Assembly: GCA_002790835.1 (NCBI GenBank)
Contig: PFVX01000079.1
Location: 3,130-67,129, forward strand
DNA length: 64,000 nucleotides
Direction of reading: 5' to 3'
Source of the DNA: a bacterium CG_4_9_14_3_um_filter_65_15
GTDB lineage: Bacteria; Krumholzibacteriota; Krumholzibacteriia; LZORAL124-64-63
The notes under the pieces: generated by a model
The model's input: the letters and a program-made list of their open reading frames with translations, nothing else
Databases searched by the model: none
What the model was told of the DNA's origin: nothing
Translations under genes and position numbers: made by a program
Shown here: positions 61,698 to 64,000 of the stretch, in pieces
Numbering within the stretch: position 1 is the first letter of the stretch
Layout of the letters: every line of letters starts with the position of its first letter

Positions 61698-62675
61698 CTA
61701 CATGGTCAGGGCCATGAGGCCCTTGGCGGTGTGCAGCCGGTTCTCGGCCTGGTCCCAGACCACCGACTGGGGGCCGTCGATCACCGCGTCGGTGACCTCC
61801 TGCCCACGGGTGGCCGGCAGCGGGTGCATGTAGATGGCCTCGGGGGAGGCCAGGCCCATGCGCCGCTCGTCGCAGATCCAGTCGGGATACTTCTCGATGT
61901 GCTTCACGGCGGCCTCGCGGTCGGGCTCGTGCACCAGGCAGCCCCAGCTCTTGGGGTAGACGATGTGTGCGCCCTCGAAGGCGTCGTCCATGTTGTCGGT
62001 CGTGGCGAACTTCCCACCGGCGGCGACGGCGTTGGCCTCGGCCTGGGCCATGATTTCGGGCTGGAGCTTGAACTCGGGGGGATGGGCCAGGGTCACGTCG
62101 AGCCCGAAGCGGGTCATCAACAGGATCTCGCTGTGCGGGACGCTGATGGGGCGCACGTAGCTGGGGGCGTAGGTCCAGCTCACGGTGATCTTGCGGCCGC
62201 GCAGGTCGCCCTGGAACTTCTCGCGGATGGTCATCAGGTCGGCCAGCGCCTGGCAGGGATGGTACAGGTCGCACTGGGCGTTGATCACCGGAACCCGACT
62301 CATGCCGGCTACCTTGCGGATGAAGCTGTTGCCCAGGCCCCAGTCGCAGTTGCGAATGGTGATGCCGTGACCCATGCGGCTGAACACGCGCGCGGTGTCC
62401 TCGGCGGTTTCGCCGTGGCTGATCTGCAGCTTGCCGGGGGCCAGGTCGTGAGCGTGGCCGCCGAGCTGGGTCATGCCCGCCTCGAAGGAGTTGCGCGTGC
62501 GTGTGCTCTGCTCGAAGAACAACATGAACAGGGTCTTGTCGCGCAGCAGGGCGTGGGGCTCGTCCCGGTAGAATTTGCGCTTGAGGTCCCAGCTGGTCTG
62601 CAAGGCCAGTTCGAGTTCACTGGTCGACCATTCCTGGGTGGTGATGAAATGGCGGCCCTGGAGGGGTTTGCTCAT
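61698..62675 (-). CDS. Carbamoyltransferase (OTCase family, YgeW-like)
   Basis: STRTR, HGET, HPCQ, WTYAPSY, YPKSW, MHPLP. Confidence 0.85.
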   Translation of the reverse strand: MSKPLQGRHFITTQEWSTSELELALQTSWDLKRKFYRDEPHALLRDKTLFMLFFEQSTRTRNSFEAGMTQLGGHAHDLAPGKLQISHGETAEDTARVFSRMGHGITIRNCDWGLGNSFIRKVAGMSRVPVINAQCDLYHPCQALADLMTIREKFQGDLRGRKITVSWTYAPSYVRPISVPHSEILLMTRFGLDVTLAHPPEFKLQPEIMAQAEANAVAAGGKFATTDNMDDAFEGAHIVYPKSWGCLVHEPDREAAVKHIEKYPDWICDERRMGLASPEAIYMHPLPATRGQEVTDAVIDGPQSVVWDQAENRLHTAKGLMALTM

Positions 62676-62765
62676 GGTTCGGCCTCTTGGTTGACAGTCC
62701 ATACTCGTTTCCCGTAACGGGCAATGGTACGCCTTGGGCGGCCCGGAGGCCAAGGAGGGAATGAC

Positions 62766-62798
62766 AAAAAACGTGGACCCGGCCAAAGCCGGGTCCAC
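62766..62798 (-). terminator. Intrinsic terminator of the lamin-tail gene
   Basis: GTGGACCCGGC/GCCGGGTCCAC stem followed by a T-tract on the minus strand. Confidence 0.75.
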
Positions 62799-62822
62799 AT
62801 CGGGCGAGAGCGAGAGGCCAGG

Positions 62823-63449
62823 TTAGCGGTAGGAGGCCTTGAGCGCTCCCCAGCTGGTGGCGTCGTCGGCCACGCTGCCGCAGTTGTCGTTGTGGTCACC
62901 GAGGCCGCTGAAATCGTCGACGGCGGCGAAGCTCCACTCGATGCAGGGGTCGAACAGATCGTCGATGATCGTGTCGCCGCTGCAGACGCTGGCCAGGCGG
63001 CGCAGGGAATGATTCTGGGTGGAACCGTCGACACAGGACCAGTAGTTGCCCGGATCCTGGCCCACGCGGCCCACGCTATCGACGGGCAAGCCGCCGCCGG
63101 TCAAGACCAGGGCGTCGTTGCCGCTGAAGGAAATGCCCGCGTCGGTCAGGTCGGCAAGCGCCGTCAGGGCGGGGCCGGCCAGGGAGTTGGCGACCACGTA
63201 CACGCCGCCCGAGGGCAGGTTGACCGCAGGAAGGTTCACGGACCCGGCCGGGCTCGCTGCGCCGTTGGGGTAGCGTACGATGGCGTAGTTGGACAGCAGG
63301 ACCGCATCGGCGGTGCCGTTGAAAATTTCCAGGGCCTGGTTGTCGCCGGACCCTTCGACGTATTCGGAGATGAGCAGGTCGGACGTTTGGGCCAGTGCCG
63401 AACCGGCCAGAAGCAGGAACAGGCCGAGCACCGTTAGCGATTTCATCAT
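62823..63449 (-). CDS. Secreted lamin-tail-domain protein with a C-terminal WGxxKxxYR tail
   Basis: Signal peptide; LLISEYVEGS..NQALEIFNGT, FSGNDAL; ends TSWGALKASYR. Confidence 0.8.
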   Translation of the reverse strand: MMKSLTVLGLFLLLAGSALAQTSDLLISEYVEGSGDNQALEIFNGTADAVLLSNYAIVRYPNGAASPAGSVNLPAVNLPSGGVYVVANSLAGPALTALADLTDAGISFSGNDALVLTGGGLPVDSVGRVGQDPGNYWSCVDGSTQNHSLRRLASVCSGDTIIDDLFDPCIEWSFAAVDDFSGLGDHNDNCGSVADDATSWGALKASYR

Positions 63450-63546
63450 AGAACCCCTGATTCGGTTGAGGCCATACCAGACCGTCGGCAGGTGCCCCCT
63501 GCCAAGGACCAGGAATCCCATAGCATTCATCCTGGGCGATTATGAG

Positions 63547-63576
63547 ATTATATCAAAACAATGCCATTTCTGTCAA
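63547..63576 (-). promoter_or_regulatory. Consensus sigma70 promoter
   Basis: TTGACA-18 bp-TATAAT on the minus strand. Confidence 0.7.
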
Positions 63577-63588
63577 ACACAATCGCCC

Positions 63589-63999
63589 TCAAGACGACCG
63601 GGAAACCCACACGCCGGGCAAGGCGGCGTAGGCGGCGCAAGCCTCGACGACGTGCTCGACGGGACAGTGCTCGTTGGCCCGGTGAGCCTGTTCCTCGGGG
63701 CCGGGGCCCAGGCCGATGCACGGCACATGGTGCAGACCCATGATGCTGACGCCGTTGGTGCTGAAGTTCCAGCTGGCGATTTCCGGTTCGCGTCCCAGGG
63801 CCTGGGTGAAGGCGTCGACCGCGGCGCCCAGCACGGGATGATCCTCGTCCAGCAACCAGGTGGGGTAGTACTTGTCCATGGGGTAGACCAGTCCGGTCCA
63901 GCCCGGTTCGCGGTAGGTCAGGGTGAAGACCTCGGCCTCGACACCGGCGGCGGCCAGGGCCAGCTCGACCTCCTGCAGGGCGGACTCGCGGGTCTCGCG
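63589..63999 (-). CDS. YgeY family M20 metallohydrolase (5' part lies outside the window)
   Basis: YYPTW, FSTNGVSIMG, CIGLGPG..EQAH..NE. Confidence 0.8.
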   Translation of the reverse strand, partial: RETRESALQEVELALAAAGVEAEVFTLTYREPGWTGLVYPMDKYYPTWLLDEDHPVLGAAVDAFTQALGREPEIASWNFSTNGVSIMGLHHVPCIGLGPGPEEQAHRANEHCPVEHVVEACAAYAALPGVWVSRSS

Positions 64000-64000
64000 G

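Overview
High-GC bacterial chromosomal window with about 50 CDS. I found no rRNA, tRNA, CRISPR array or intact mobile element. An FlgD/T9SS-like C-terminal domain and a recurring W/F-G-x-x-K-x-x-Y/F-R C-terminal tail suggest an FCB-superphylum anaerobe such as Latescibacterota/Krumholzibacteriota (inference only). The ordinary content is cysK/cysE, rex, putP, a Bacillus-type fadN-fadA-fadE operon with a TetR regulator, methylmalonyl-CoA mutase with MeaB, cysS, oligopeptidase B, a GH13 enzyme, AtuA, LemA and a phosphohexomutase. The unusual content is: (1) an archaeal-type GatDE amidotransferase pair; (2) an archaeal-type HMG-CoA synthase/thiolase/DUF35 operon; (3) a eukaryote Dus3-like dihydrouridine synthase; (4) a six-gene lipid cluster (two desaturases, ACP, fatty acyl-AMP ligase, GNAT, sulfotransferase) resembling alkyne/polyyne cassettes but with different tailoring genes; (5) a shared C-terminal motif in three unrelated frames, one missing from the ORF track, which may be a sorting signal; (6) a CysRS with an inserted zinc ribbon; (7) scattered YgeY/YgeW/YgfK-like purine catabolism genes; (8) several deletion-damaged genes and a perfect 33-bp inverted repeat. 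All family calls come from motif recognition by eye; no searches were run.
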